Both the position numbers and the translations under genes were made by a program. A stretch of 64,000 nucleotides of DNA, from contig DATDPG010000187.1 of NCBI GenBank assembly GCA_035292885.1, positions 857 through 64,856 of the forward strand. Direction: 5' to 3'. Source of the DNA: Bdellovibrionota bacterium. GTDB lineage: Bacteria > Bdellovibrionota_G > JALEGL01 > DATDPG01. Each line of letters opens with the position of its first letter. Position 1 is the first letter of the stretch. Of the stretch, positions 39,599-52,871 are shown piece by piece. A model generated the notes under the pieces. The model did no database searches and was not told where the DNA came from. It was given only the letters and a program-made list of their open reading frames with translations.

Positions 39599-40693
39599 AT
39601 GGGTCTTTCGTGCGGTATCGTGGGGCTTCCCAATGTCGGGAAGTCGACCCTCTTTAATGCTCTGTCGTCGGCTCGGGCGGAAGCGGCGAATTATCCGTTC
39701 TGCACGATCGATCCGAACGTGGGTATCGTACCGGTTCCGGATCCGCGGCTGGATCATATCGCCTCCGTCTTCAAACCGGAGAAAGTAACCCCCACCACTA
39801 TTGAGTTTGTGGATATCGCGGGCCTCGTAAAAGGCGCGAGCAAAGGAGAAGGTCTCGGGAACCAGTTCCTCGGACATATTCGTGAAACGGACGCCATCAT
39901 TCATATCGTCCGCTGTTTTGAAGATCCGAATGTCGTGCATGTGGAAGGGAGCGTCGATCCGAAACGCGATATCGAGACCATCGAAACCGAACTCTGCCTG
40001 GCCGATCTCGATACAGCTACAAAAGCCGCCGACCGCGCCCAAAAGGCTGCAAAATCGGCGGATAAGGCACTCGTGGCAAAGTCTGCCGCACTAACGGCCA
40101 TACGGGATCACCTGGGAAAAGGCCTACCGGCCCGCTCCCTTCGATTGCCGGACGAAGGGATGGAAGCTTTTCGAGAGCTTCACCTCCTCACGGCGAAACC
40201 GGTCCTTTACGTCTGCAATGTCGGCGAATCGAGTGTCGGCAAACCGAATCCGTATGTCGATATCGTCCGAAAGATTGCGGAGACGGAAGGAGCCGACGTG
40301 GTGGAAGTCTCCGCCCGAGTGGAAGCGGAGATTTCAGAACTGTCGGTGGAAGAACGAAAAAGTTTCCTTCAGGATCTCGGCCTGACCGAGTCCGGCCTCG
40401 ACCGGGTCATTCGCGCGGCCTATCACCTTCTCGGGCTCATGACGTTCTTTACGGCCGGACCGAAAGAATGCCGGGCCTGGACGATCAAGAAAGGGACGAA
40501 AGCTCCGCAAGCGGCCGGAACGATCCATTCCGATTTTGAGCGCGGATTCATCTGTGCCGAGATTTACCATTTCAACGATCTCGTCGAGCATAAAACCGAA
40601 GCCGCCGCTCGGGCGAAGGGCAAGATCCGATTGGAAGGAAAAGAGTACGTCATGAAAGACGGCGATCTCGTTTTCTTCCGGTTTAACGTATAA
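39599..40693 (+). CDS. ychF: redox-regulated ribosome-binding ATPase YchF
   Basis: '[17 protein letters not shown]' and a TGS domain at the C-terminus. It starts 1 nt after the upstream stop. Confidence 0.9.
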   Translation: MGLSCGIVGLPNVGKSTLFNALSSARAEAANYPFCTIDPNVGIVPVPDPRLDHIASVFKPEKVTPTTIEFVDIAGLVKGASKGEGLGNQFLGHIRETDAIIHIVRCFEDPNVVHVEGSVDPKRDIETIETELCLADLDTATKAADRAQKAAKSADKALVAKSAALTAIRDHLGKGLPARSLRLPDEGMEAFRELHLLTAKPVLYVCNVGESSVGKPNPYVDIVRKIAETEGADVVEVSARVEAEISELSVEERKSFLQDLGLTESGLDRVIRAAYHLLGLMTFFTAGPKECRAWTIKKGTKAPQAAGTIHSDFERGFICAEIYHFNDLVEHKTEAAARAKGKIRLEGKEYVMKDGDLVFFRFNV

Positions 40694-40696
40694 GAA

Positions 40697-40726
40697 TTAA
40701 AGGGACACACGACTGGACCCGAATTC
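40697..40726. repeat. REP-like inverted repeat (left) of a RayT-associated element
   Basis: 'ttaaagggacacacgactggacccgaattc' is the inverse complement of the repeat at 41205-41236, with about 2 mismatches. Confidence 0.5.
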
Positions 40727-40805
40727 CGGTCTCCCGACCGAACAAGTCCTGGGGAACGCCATTGGCAAGGGCCACGAGGCCTTCACACATTACCTAAATT
40801 TCAAG

Positions 40806-41230
40806 ATGAACTGGCGTGGATACTTGTGGCAAGGACGGTTTAGTTCCTTTCCCATGGACGAAGCTTATCTCCTGAGAGCCGCGCGATACACGGAACTTAA
40901 CCCCGTTCGGGCGAAGCTGGTGGGAATTCCGCAGGACTACATCTGGAGCAGCGCCCGAGCGCACCTCGGTCTGAGCCACGACGATTTCGTGCGCACGGAG
41001 CCATTATTGCAGCGAGTTTCAAACTGGAACAACTTTCTTGCCGAGGGAACGGAGATGGCACTGGTCGAACTTCTTGGAAAACATCAACGCACAGGAAGAC
41101 CTCTAGGTTCAAGTGAGTTTATCAAACGGCTCGAGAGCCAAACCGGGCGTTCGCTGCTAAAGAAGAAACCGGGCCCGAAACCGCTTACGATCACAACACT
41201 TGCCGAGTTTGGGTCCAGTCGTGTGTCCCC

Positions 41231-41234
<4 letters not shown>
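40806..41234 (+). pseudogene. remnant of a REP-associated tyrosine transposase (RayT / IS200-IS605 Y1 family); N-terminal HuH half missing
   Basis: 'WQGRFSSFP...YTELNPVRAKLV...DYIWSSARAHLG' matches the C-terminal catalytic-Tyr half of RayT/TnpA(REP). No HuH-motif region is present. The ORF begins 110 nt after ychF and runs into the right inverted repeat. Confidence 0.55.

Positions 41235-41236
<2 letters not shown>
41205..41236. repeat. REP-like inverted repeat (right)
   Basis: 'gagtttgggtccagtcgtgtgtccccttaatt' overlaps the secA stop codon. Confidence 0.5.
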
Positions 41237-43837
<2,601 letters not shown>

Positions 43838-43890
43838 GCTGGTATCGTGACACCGCGTGGCATACTAACAGATAAAAGAAAAATTCGACG

Positions 43891-44838
43891 CTAGTTGAGA
43901 ATATACCGCGAAGGATTGACCGGGATACCGTTGACGTGGATTTCGTAATGGAGATGCGGGCCGGTGGCCCGGCCCGTGCTTCCGATCATCGAAATCACGT
44001 CGCCGCGCCGCACACGCTGTCCCGGCTTCACCATAACCTCCGAATTATGCCCGTAGCGCGTAACTACCCCATAACCGTGATTGATGATGACGACCTTGCC
44101 GTAGTGCGGATCGGTGATGGCTTGAGTCACAATCCCGTCCGCCGCGGCCGTGACCTTCGTTCCGACCGGCGCCGCAATATCAAGACCCGCATGCAACTGC
44201 CGAATTCCGGTGAACGGCGAAACGCGGTAACCGAACTGTGAAGTCAACCATCCCTGCGCCGGCCAGATCGATGGCGTGGACGACAACAGCGAATCCTGGT
44301 CCTTTAGGAGTTCGTAAAGTTCCTGAAGACTTTGCTCCTGTAACGTCGCCCGCGAGTGCAGATCGTCCACGGAGAGTTCAAGCGACCGCATACGAAACTT
44401 CGTACTCGCCGGAACACCTTCCGCCGAAGCGACAAGGGTTCCATCCAGCTGAGTTTCGCCGCCACCCAATGCCTGCTCATCTTCCGGTGTAATCGGGCCG
44501 ATGCCTTCAAGGTGCGTGGGCTTCGCATCGATGCGGGCCAAAACCCGAAGTTTCCGCTCAAAGTTTTGAACTCGGACGATCGTCGCATCGGCCGTGCTGA
44601 TTTTGTTTTGAAGCCGCTGAATTTCACCTTCCAGATATTGGCTCTTCAGCACCGCTTCCTGGAATTCCCCCTGTTTGGCGACGTAACGGAGCGTCATGAA
44701 CGTCGTGAAAATTCCAACCACGACCAAACTTGCGGCCAGCCCCAGCGCCCACCGAACGGCGCGCACGGGGACGATCCATTTCCGGACGTGCGAACTCCGC
44801 TCGGGAATGAGCATGAATGTATAAAAGCGATTCGCCAC
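43891..44838 (-). CDS. M23-family peptidase with N-terminal membrane anchor and coiled coil (EnvC/NlpD-like)
   Basis: Coiled-coil region followed by 'HAGLDIAA...GKVVIINHGYG...GSTGRATGPHLHYEI'. Confidence 0.75.
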   Translation of the reverse strand: MANRFYTFMLIPERSSHVRKWIVPVRAVRWALGLAASLVVVGIFTTFMTLRYVAKQGEFQEAVLKSQYLEGEIQRLQNKISTADATIVRVQNFERKLRVLARIDAKPTHLEGIGPITPEDEQALGGGETQLDGTLVASAEGVPASTKFRMRSLELSVDDLHSRATLQEQSLQELYELLKDQDSLLSSTPSIWPAQGWLTSQFGYRVSPFTGIRQLHAGLDIAAPVGTKVTAAADGIVTQAITDPHYGKVVIINHGYGVVTRYGHNSEVMVKPGQRVRRGDVISMIGSTGRATGPHLHYEIHVNGIPVNPSRYILN

Positions 44839-44952
44839 GATGATTCTGTCTGCTTCGTTTAGATTTTCGGGCCGATGAGGGCTCCAGGTATTTTACCCGA
44901 GTTTTCGCCGTGATCCTATCGACGAAAGTTGGGCAGTCAAACAATTTTCTGG

Positions 44953-44977
44953 AAAAAAACCTTCCCTTTCCGGGAGG
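44953..44977 (-). terminator. putative intrinsic terminator downstream of the PP2C phosphatase gene
   Basis: Minus-strand read 'cctcccg-gaaa-gggaagg' followed by a U7 run. Confidence 0.4.
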
Positions 44978-44996
44978 ATGAAATGGAAACCGAAGT

Positions 44997-45791
44997 TTAC
45001 GTTTTCACCGGTCCCTGCACTTCGGCGATCTTGAGTACGATCAACGTGATGTTATCGTCACCACCCCGCTGATTGGCGAGGTCAACCAAGCCTCGGGCCG
45101 CCTGTTCCGGTTCACTGTCGACCATGAGGTTCTGCATTTCGTGGTCGGCCACCATATTCGAAAGCCCGTCCGAACAAAGTAGGTAATAGTCCCCCGGCTG
45201 GACGGTCCAGACGACTGTATCGATCTCGACCTCCTCCTGAACTCCCACGGATCGAGTAATGATGTTCTTGAGTTGGTGAGTGCGGGCTTCCTCTTCCGTA
45301 ATTAAGCCGCTCTTTAGTTGCTCGTGAACCAAGGAGTGGTCCTCTGTAATCTGCGAAATCTTCCGACCGCGAACGCAGTAAGCCCGGCTATCCCCCACGT
45401 GGGCGATGAACGCTTTGTCTTGAAGAAACAGCATGACCGTTGCGGTCGTTCCCATGCCCCGCAATTCGGGCTCTTCCGCCGCTCGGCGGACAATGACGCT
45501 CCCGGCTCGGGCGATGGCATCTCGAAGCCGATCTTGCTCGTGGCCCTCGTCTTCGTTTTCTTCGGTGTCGAGATATGTTTTTTCGGGAACGTTGGATTTT
45601 TGCCGGTCTTCCCCCTTCAGAATTTCTTCCACCGTGGATACGGCGATCTTGCTGGCGAATTCGCCGCCGGCATGTCCCCCCATTCCGTCGGCCACGACGT
45701 AAAGCTTCAGCTTGTCGTTAACCAGGTAACTGTCTTCGTTTCGCTGCCGCTTCCGGCCGATATCCGTAATTCCACACGAAATAATCTTCAT
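44997..45791 (-). CDS. PP2C-family Ser/Thr protein phosphatase
   Basis: 'GRKRQRNEDSY...VADGMGGHAGGEFAS' and 'CSDGLSN' are PPM motifs. Confidence 0.85.
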   Translation of the reverse strand: MKIISCGITDIGRKRQRNEDSYLVNDKLKLYVVADGMGGHAGGEFASKIAVSTVEEILKGEDRQKSNVPEKTYLDTEENEDEGHEQDRLRDAIARAGSVIVRRAAEEPELRGMGTTATVMLFLQDKAFIAHVGDSRAYCVRGRKISQITEDHSLVHEQLKSGLITEEEARTHQLKNIITRSVGVQEEVEIDTVVWTVQPGDYYLLCSDGLSNMVADHEMQNLMVDSEPEQAARGLVDLANQRGGDDNITLIVLKIAEVQGPVKT

Positions 45792-46558
45792 GGTTCCGAG
45801 TTCCGCTGGTTGAGGGAGGGTACCCTATCCAACCCGTCCACAGGCGTCAAAATCCCCGCCAGGCCGCTGTTGAGAATACCCCAAACTTCCTCCTGAAGCT
45901 TGTCCTTCCGCGCCAAGCCGTAATTCCCACTATTTATAGGTTCGAAAAAGCGCACTTTTATCGTTCGCGAACGGATTTTGGCCGAGCCTTTGGGAAGAAC
46001 ATCAAAGCTCCCTTGAATCATGACGGGAAGGATCGAAGCGCCTGTTTCGGCCGCCAGGTGAAACGCCCCTCGCTTAAACGGTTGGAGTTTGCCGTCGCGG
46101 GACCGGGTGCCCTCCGGAAACATCACGACCGATTTTCCCTGTCGGACTTTCTCGGCGACAACACCCATACTTTGAATCGCCTTCTCGCGGTGACTGCGGT
46201 CAAGACTGATGAAACCGGCACGTTTCATCGCGAACCCGAGCAGGGGAATTCGAAACAGTTCCTTTTTTGCCACCCAAAGAAACGGAAATGGAAGCACCGC
46301 CGAGATGACCAAGATATCGGCCTGCCCCTGATGATTCGCCACGACGACATACGGACCCTTATCCTTAACATTCTCCAGTCCACTGATCTCAATGCGGAGC
46401 CCTGCAATGGCCAGGCACCATCGAGCCCAGCAGCCCATGCTCCAGTGCAAATATCGACCGTCTCGGTCGAACACCAAGACGAAAATCGAAAGGAGGCTTC
46501 CGATAACCGTGGCAACAATGCCTAACGCCCACTTAACGAGTGAGGATAGGTCGATCAT
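45788..46558 (-). CDS. plsC: 1-acyl-sn-glycerol-3-phosphate acyltransferase
   Basis: 'VVANHQGQADI' (HxxxxD) and 'FPEGTRS' acyltransferase motifs. Confidence 0.8.
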   Translation of the reverse strand: MIDLSSLVKWALGIVATVIGSLLSIFVLVFDRDGRYLHWSMGCWARWCLAIAGLRIEISGLENVKDKGPYVVVANHQGQADILVISAVLPFPFLWVAKKELFRIPLLGFAMKRAGFISLDRSHREKAIQSMGVVAEKVRQGKSVVMFPEGTRSRDGKLQPFKRGAFHLAAETGASILPVMIQGSFDVLPKGSAKIRSRTIKVRFFEPINSGNYGLARKDKLQEEVWGILNSGLAGILTPVDGLDRVPSLNQRNSEP

Positions 46559-48263
46559 GGTTGGGGGAGGTTCCGCGGCGCAACAACTCACCGGCGTAAT
46601 CGCGCGTCTTGGGTGTGATTTCGATCCCTCCGATCATACGCGCCAGTTCATCCTCGCGATGTTCTTTCGCCAGAAACTTGACGTTTCCGACTGTGCGGCC
46701 GGTGTGCATTTTCTTCTCCACACGAAGATGTGCGTCCGCATAGCAGGCGATCTGTGCGAGGTGCGTCACGCAGAACACCTGCCGTCCCTGGGCTAAACGG
46801 TGAAGTTGAATTCCCACTCTCTCGGCCGTTTCCCCGCCGATGCCCGTGTCGACCTCGTCGAAAACAAACGTGATGTCAGCCGTCTTTTGTTCTTGAAGAG
46901 CGATTCCTTTGATGGCCAGAAGGACGCGAGACAATTCACCACCGGAAACGATTTTCGACAGCGGTCGAAATCCTTCACCACGGTTCGGCGCCAACTCGAA
47001 ACGAATACTTTCAGTTCCTTCGCTCGAAAAGAACTTGTCTCCCTCTTTCACCACCGAACCTCCCGTATTGGGTTCGATGATTCGCGCGGCCAGCTCGGCC
47101 GAAGGCATGCCCAGTTGCCGAAGTTCCCGTGTCACCTGTTCCGAGAACTGCCGGGCGGTTTTTTTTCGAACCGCCGTTAACTTCGAGGCGGCCTGAATCA
47201 ACGCCTCAATGTTTTCTTTTCGATCTCGAAGAAGGTTCGATTCCGCCAACTCAAAGTTTTCGACGGCGCCCAGTCGTTGAACCGCCCGCTCCCGCTCGGC
47301 AATAGCGATCTCAATCGAACCATATTTCCGCGCCAGCCGTTGCAACAGGGCGAGCCGCTCGTTAATTCGCTCGATCTCTTCCGGTTCGAATCCGAGCCGG
47401 CGACCGTACTTTGAAACCTGCGCACTCACATCCCGAATTCGGGATTCCAGCAACGCCAACTCTTCCGCAAGCGGTTCCAATGTGGGATCGAGTCTCGCGC
47501 AATCCCGAAGCGTCGTCGCTGCTTGCCCCATTCGAGAGAGAATTCCTTCGTCTCCATCGATCCAGCCCTCCACTGACGTCGCCGCTCGCATCAGTTTTTC
47601 AGCGTGGGCGAGCCTCCGATGGAGGGTTTCCAATTCTTCTTGTTCACCTGTTTTCAACTGAGCCGCGGTCAGTTCCTTCACCTGAAATTCTAGAAAGTCG
47701 CGCTGTTTTGCCCCCTCTTCTTTGTCCCGTTGAAGTCTCTCCAGGTTTTGGTCTACGGCGAGAACAGCCGCGAATGCCGCGCGATAATCTTCGCGCGCGG
47801 CACCGTGACCGCCGAACTGGTCCAGGAGTTCGACGTGCGTCGACTCATCCAAGAGCCTCTGCTGACCGTGCTGGCTGCTCACGTCAATCCATCCCGTAGC
47901 CAACTGGGCCAGGCCGTTGACCGTCCAGGGCGATTCGTTCACGTACGCCCGGCTTCGACCGTCGGCACCGATCGTCCGGCGAACGATGACGGTTCCATCC
48001 GGAGACGAAACTCCGGCATCCTTTAATATTGGCCAAATCGGCGACGTCTTGGAAATTTCAAGCACTCCCTCGACCACGGCCATGACTTCGCCGGCCCGGA
48101 CATCCTCCGCGGACGCCCGTTGCCCCGCAAGAAGAGAGAGCGCATCCATAAGTATGGATTTTCCCGCCCCCGTCTCACCCGTCAGGACATTGAAACCGCT
48201 GGAAAAAGTGACCGAAATCTCAGGGAGAATCGCCAAATTTCGGATCCGTAGCTCGCGCAACAT
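46533..48263 (-). CDS. recN: DNA repair protein RecN
   Basis: 'LRIRNLAI...FNVLTGETGAGKSIL' Walker A, long coiled coil and a C-terminal SMC signature. Confidence 0.9.
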   Translation of the reverse strand: MLRELRIRNLAILPEISVTFSSGFNVLTGETGAGKSILMDALSLLAGQRASAEDVRAGEVMAVVEGVLEISKTSPIWPILKDAGVSSPDGTVIVRRTIGADGRSRAYVNESPWTVNGLAQLATGWIDVSSQHGQQRLLDESTHVELLDQFGGHGAAREDYRAAFAAVLAVDQNLERLQRDKEEGAKQRDFLEFQVKELTAAQLKTGEQEELETLHRRLAHAEKLMRAATSVEGWIDGDEGILSRMGQAATTLRDCARLDPTLEPLAEELALLESRIRDVSAQVSKYGRRLGFEPEEIERINERLALLQRLARKYGSIEIAIAERERAVQRLGAVENFELAESNLLRDRKENIEALIQAASKLTAVRKKTARQFSEQVTRELRQLGMPSAELAARIIEPNTGGSVVKEGDKFFSSEGTESIRFELAPNRGEGFRPLSKIVSGGELSRVLLAIKGIALQEQKTADITFVFDEVDTGIGGETAERVGIQLHRLAQGRQVFCVTHLAQIACYADAHLRVEKKMHTGRTVGNVKFLAKEHREDELARMIGGIEITPKTRDYAGELLRRGTSPNHDRPILTR

Positions 48264-48297
48264 ACAACCCTTCTTTGGCTAACATGAAACGAAAGGG

Positions 48298-49368
48298 GTG
48301 TCGAATGTCCCCCGTCAACCTTTGACGACCGTCCGTCCCCCGCATAGACATGGATCCGTGCAAGCACGTATCACTATATTAGGCGGTGGAAGCTGGGGGA
48401 CCGCTCTAGCGGAAGTTCAATCCCGCGCCGGCCACGCAGTCGTTCTTTGGGATCGAAACGAAACTCGGTCGAGGCAGGTTCAGCGAACGCGAATCAATGC
48501 AGCCTATTACCCCAACCTGGAACTTCACTCGGGAATCCGGATCGAGCTTTCGTTAATCAAGGCCCTGAGCGACGCGGATGTAATTCTCCTTGCCGTTCCT
48601 TCGCATACGGTTCGAGATCTCTTATCCAAAATAAAGTCCAGCCTCCCTCCCGAAACATTTCTCGTCTGCGCGGCCAAGGGCCTCGAAGCCGACACGTTGG
48701 ACACGCTGTCCATCGTGGCTTCCGAGGTGTTGGGACAAACCTGGGTGCAGAACCATTATTGCGTGCTCTCCGGGCCCAGCTTCGCTCGGGAAGTTATTCG
48801 AAAGATCCCGACCGCTCTAACCGTGGCCGCGAACGACATCGGCACGGCGAGATCGGTGCAGGAAATTTGTCACACCGATACGTTCCAGCTTTTCGCCAGC
48901 GACGACGTAATCGGAGTCGAGCTGGCGGGCGCCTTGAAAAACGTCGTGGCCATCGCCGCGGGCGCGTCCGACGGCCTCGGGTTCGGCTTGAACGCCCGGG
49001 CCGCGCTGATTACGCGGGCGTTGGCGGAAATCACGCGAATCGGCGTCAAGAAGGGCGCGCACCCCCTCACCTTTTCGGGACTGTCGGGCCTTGGAGATCT
49101 GCTTCTTACATGCACGGGAGATCTCTCGCGAAATCGGCAAGTCGGTCTCAAGCTCGCCCAAGGGAAACCGCTCAAGACGATCCTCCGCGAAATAGGCCAG
49201 GTGGCCGAAGGGATCCGCACGGCCAAGGCGGCCCATCGCCTGGCTCAAGAAATGAAGGTCGCCGCTCCGATTTTGGAGGAGATCTACCTGACACTCTATG
49301 ACCGGAAACCTTTGCGCCAGGCTGTGGCCGACCTCCTCGCGCGCGCACCGGAAGAAGAACGAGGTTAA
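48298..49368 (+). CDS. gpsA: NAD(P)H-dependent glycerol-3-phosphate dehydrogenase
   Basis: 'ITILGGGSWGTALA' and GpsA C-terminal motifs. The true start may be the GTG at 48358. Confidence 0.85.
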   Translation: MSNVPRQPLTTVRPPHRHGSVQARITILGGGSWGTALAEVQSRAGHAVVLWDRNETRSRQVQRTRINAAYYPNLELHSGIRIELSLIKALSDADVILLAVPSHTVRDLLSKIKSSLPPETFLVCAAKGLEADTLDTLSIVASEVLGQTWVQNHYCVLSGPSFAREVIRKIPTALTVAANDIGTARSVQEICHTDTFQLFASDDVIGVELAGALKNVVAIAAGASDGLGFGLNARAALITRALAEITRIGVKKGAHPLTFSGLSGLGDLLLTCTGDLSRNRQVGLKLAQGKPLKTILREIGQVAEGIRTAKAAHRLAQEMKVAAPILEEIYLTLYDRKPLRQAVADLLARAPEEERG

Positions 49369-49375
49369 TCCGCAC

Positions 49376-49948
49376 ATGAATCTTACTCGGCAAAAAGCAT
49401 GGGAACATCTCTGCGAATGGACGGAAACCGACTCCCTACGAAAACATGCCCGCGCCGTCGAAATCGTCATGCGGAAGGCGGCACACCGTTATGGAAGCGG
49501 TTCCCTGGATGAAGAAATGTGGGGAGTCGCGGGAATGCTGCACGATGCCGACTACGAAAGATGGCCCGCCGAACATCCGAACAAAATCGTCGCTTGGCTG
49601 CGCGACCAAAACGAACCGGAGATCGCTCATGCGGTTTCGGCTCACTATACGAAATGGAACGTCGCTTACGAATCTCCGATGGATAAAGCGCTCCTCGCCT
49701 GTGACGAACTGACCGGATTCGTCGTGGCCTGTTGCCTCGTCCGGCCCGAGGGGGTTCGAACGCTGGAGGCGTCGAGCGTTCGAAAAAAACTCAAAGACCG
49801 CGCGTTTGCGGCGAAGGTAGAACGGGAAGAGATTCGGAAGGGAACGGAACTCTTGGGCGTCGATCCGGCCGAGCACATTCAATTCGTCGTCGACGCGCTG
49901 AAGCCATTCGGCGACGAACTGGGGATTCAGGGGTCGGTCCTAAAGTAA
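49376..49948 (+). CDS. HD-domain phosphohydrolase
   Basis: 'RKAAHRYG...AGMLHDADYE' carries the HD motif. Confidence 0.6.
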   Translation: MNLTRQKAWEHLCEWTETDSLRKHARAVEIVMRKAAHRYGSGSLDEEMWGVAGMLHDADYERWPAEHPNKIVAWLRDQNEPEIAHAVSAHYTKWNVAYESPMDKALLACDELTGFVVACCLVRPEGVRTLEASSVRKKLKDRAFAAKVEREEIRKGTELLGVDPAEHIQFVVDALKPFGDELGIQGSVLK

Positions 49949-50992
49949 CTTGGCCCAGCCGGCTGCGGAGAGCTGGAGGAGAATCCCGGTCGATGTGGCC
50001 GATGTTCCGTCGGCTCCCACGGCCAAGGCAGCCGTAGACGATAACGATAATATTCCGTTCAGCTGAAAATCGGTCTCCGCGGGATTGGTTTGTTTGGTCC
50101 AGGTCGATCCGTCATACGAGAGGATTACGCCCTCCTTCCCGACGGCAAAGACCTGTGATCCGGACGTTCCGTGAACGGCGAGAAGATCCAACGACGTCGG
50201 GCTCGTCTGCTTGTCCCACGCACCGTTTGTACCGGCCGCCCGATGAAGAATCGTTCCCGCGTTTCCCACGGCGAAGAATTCGCCGCCGAGAGCGTCTCCC
50301 CACACGGCGTTCAGCGTGGCGTCCAGAATTCCCGTACCACTAACATCGACAGAGTCCCAATTGATTCCATTCGACTGCAGAACGGTCGCACGTCCGCCGA
50401 CCGCCACGAAGAATGCCTGCGAATTCGTGCCGGCGATTCCCATAAGATGTTCTGTCGTCCCCGATGTTTGCGCTGTCCAGGATATACCGTCAAAGAAGAG
50501 AATCGTTCCTTCGTTTCCCACGGCGTACACTTTGCTTTTGTCCGTACCGAATACGGCATTCAGGTCTACCGTGGTCCCGGAAGTTTCCGACGTGAGGGCC
50601 GTGCCGTCGTACTTCACTATAGTTCCGCCGGGACCGACAAACCAAACGTTCGTCTCCAATGTCGACTGCCGGTCGCAATGGGCCGATCGGATGTCCACTT
50701 TGGTGCCGTCGAGAACGGTGAATGTGGATCCGTCCGAAGACGTCAGCAATTTTCCGCCGTTGCTCCCCGCATAAAGAACCCCCGAAAGGGTCTGACAGAT
50801 GGAGGAGAGTGGATTCTCCAAGAGGGAGTTCGGTTCCGTTCCGGCACCTCCGGGCGGAAGTAAGTCAGCACCCCCTCCGGACGAGCCCCCGCCGCCTCCT
50901 CCGCTGGAGGTGCTGCTGACGGGACATCCGCTAAAAAGAAACAACGTAAGAAACAACGCTATGGAGACGGCTACCTTTTGACCCATGGACAT
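49940..50992 (-). CDS. lipoprotein with beta-propeller-like repeats (Ycf48/BNR-like) and a Gly-rich linker
   Basis: Lipobox 'LFLFSGC', poly-Gly/Ser linker and about 6 repeats of the form 'G..G.I.....G..W'. Confidence 0.55.
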   Translation of the reverse strand: MSMGQKVAVSIALFLTLFLFSGCPVSSTSSGGGGGGSSGGGADLLPPGGAGTEPNSLLENPLSSICQTLSGVLYAGSNGGKLLTSSDGSTFTVLDGTKVDIRSAHCDRQSTLETNVWFVGPGGTIVKYDGTALTSETSGTTVDLNAVFGTDKSKVYAVGNEGTILFFDGISWTAQTSGTTEHLMGIAGTNSQAFFVAVGGRATVLQSNGINWDSVDVSGTGILDATLNAVWGDALGGEFFAVGNAGTILHRAAGTNGAWDKQTSPTSLDLLAVHGTSGSQVFAVGKEGVILSYDGSTWTKQTNPAETDFQLNGILSLSSTAALAVGADGTSATSTGILLQLSAAGWAKLL

Positions 50993-51087
50993 AGATTAGC
51001 ACGGCGATCCGCCGAATCGAATAAACCGACGATACATTCAACCTCGATCTTGAATCCGGGTCTAAGTTAGAATGCGCTCCGACACCC

Positions 51088-52107
51088 GTGAATCCTCCTC
51101 CCCATGACTGGTATATCGCATGCCGCTCGGATCGGCTTCGGCATCGTCCGCTGCCGATAACGATTCACGGTCAGCGGCTCGCCCTTTTTCGAACGGCGGA
51201 GGGAGTGCCCGCGGCCCTGTCCGACCGATGCGCCCATCGGAATGCGCCGCTTTCATTGGGCCGCATCCAAGGCAACCACATTCAATGCGGGTACCACGGG
51301 TGGGAATTTGATCGTTCGGGCAGCTGCCGCAAAATTCCGGGCCTTGCGGACATCGCCGGCACCAAGGGAAGAGACGTCCCTTCTTTTCGAGTCGCCGAAC
51401 AGCAAGGTTACGTTTGGGTGCATTTGGGTCCGACGGAGGCTCCAAGCTCATCCCCGTTTCGATTCCCGGATATGGGAGACTCGAGTTACGGCTTAATTCG
51501 GTACCGGACCGTTTTCGACGCCCCCGCTTTTTATATTCTCGAAAATTTTCTGGATGTGCCGCATACCGCCTTTCTTCATCGCGGGCTGTTTCGCACCTCC
51601 GCAGGCCGAGCGATTTCCGTCACCGTCCGGCGCCTTTCCGATCGAGTGGAAGCGCGATACAAAGGCGAGCCCAAGCCAACGGGATTGATCGGTTCCCTTC
51701 TGGCTTCCGGAACCGGCGAAGTCACCCATGTCGACCGATTCTTTTCACCTTCGATTTCACAAATTGAGTACCGACTGGGCGAAAGTCACATCATCGAAAC
51801 GACGGCGCTGACGCCCGAAAACGAGGGAAGAACCCGGCTCTTTATGGAAATCGTTTTTCGACTTCGGATTCCGAAAACTTTGGCCTTCCTCTTGGCGGGG
51901 CCGGTTCTATTTGGAATTCTTCGGCAGGACGCTCGGATCGTTTCCAGGCAGTATGAAAACGTACGCCGGTTCGGCGAGGAGAAATTTTCTTTCACGCCGA
52001 TCGATGTTCTCGGACCGCATATTCTTGCGCTGTGGAAAAGTCAGACAAATGAGCGACTCTCGGCCGCCGCTTCGCAAATCGAACAGAGGTTGGAGATCGT
52101 CCTCTAA
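51088..52107 (+). CDS. Rieske [2Fe-2S] non-heme-iron oxygenase (PAO/ring-hydroxylating alpha-subunit-like)
   Basis: 'CAHRNAPLSLG...CGYHGWEF' (CxH...CxxH) and 'DVPHTAFLHRG' (HxxxxH mononuclear-iron site). GTG start. Confidence 0.75.
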   Translation: MNPPPHDWYIACRSDRLRHRPLPITIHGQRLALFRTAEGVPAALSDRCAHRNAPLSLGRIQGNHIQCGYHGWEFDRSGSCRKIPGLADIAGTKGRDVPSFRVAEQQGYVWVHLGPTEAPSSSPFRFPDMGDSSYGLIRYRTVFDAPAFYILENFLDVPHTAFLHRGLFRTSAGRAISVTVRRLSDRVEARYKGEPKPTGLIGSLLASGTGEVTHVDRFFSPSISQIEYRLGESHIIETTALTPENEGRTRLFMEIVFRLRIPKTLAFLLAGPVLFGILRQDARIVSRQYENVRRFGEEKFSFTPIDVLGPHILALWKSQTNERLSAAASQIEQRLEIVL

Positions 52108-52112
52108 AAAAT

Positions 52113-52871
52113 ATGTCGCTATCTAGTAAAGAACGTGAACGTCTTGCCGAACATGAAGCGACGTACTGGTGGCATGTCGCCAAACGGAAATATTTTCGGG
52201 CACTCTTAGACCGCTTTCCCGTCGTGCTTTCCGCGAAAAGCCGGGTGTTGGATATCGGCGCCGCCGGAGGAAAAACACGCGAGCTTCTCCCTTCCGGAGC
52301 CCGTTTCTATCTTGTCGAACCGGAACTTCACCCTGCTTTTCGCTCGGTACCCGAGCTTCTGAAGATTGTGGCTCGCGGCGAAGCGCTTCCCTTTCGCCCT
52401 TCTTCATTCGATCTCGTCATCGCTGCGGACGTACTGGAACATGTAAAGGAGGACGAACGGATGGCCCGGGAGATCCGCCGTACGTTGGCGATGACGGGGT
52501 GGTTCCTGCTTTCGGTTCCCGCGTATCCGAGCCTGTTTTCCGCCAATGACGAGGCTTTGGGGCATTACCGCCGCTACACGACTGCCGGGCTCCGCAGGCT
52601 CCTCAGGGACTCCGGCTTTGTGATTCACTTTTCGTCGGCACTGTTCATGAGCCTGTTGCCCGCAGTCATTCTCCGGCGCATTCTAACCCCTGCTGGATCC
52701 CCTCAGCCGATCAGCAGTTATATCGAGGGACCGAACTGGTTCAACCGATGTGTCATTCGTTGGTTTGACTTGGAAGCAAAGTTGATTTCAAAATTTCGGC
52801 TTCCGCTCGGTTCGTCGCTCTGCGTTCTCGCGAAGCGTGATTTCTCAACGGTGCAGCCAACGAATCCGTAA
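52113..52871 (+). CDS. class I SAM-dependent methyltransferase
   Basis: 'VLDIGAAGG' motif I and 'FDLVIAADVLEHV' motif II/III. Confidence 0.75.
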   Translation: MSLSSKERERLAEHEATYWWHVAKRKYFRALLDRFPVVLSAKSRVLDIGAAGGKTRELLPSGARFYLVEPELHPAFRSVPELLKIVARGEALPFRPSSFDLVIAADVLEHVKEDERMAREIRRTLAMTGWFLLSVPAYPSLFSANDEALGHYRRYTTAGLRRLLRDSGFVIHFSSALFMSLLPAVILRRILTPAGSPQPISSYIEGPNWFNRCVIRWFDLEAKLISKFRLPLGSSLCVLAKRDFSTVQPTNP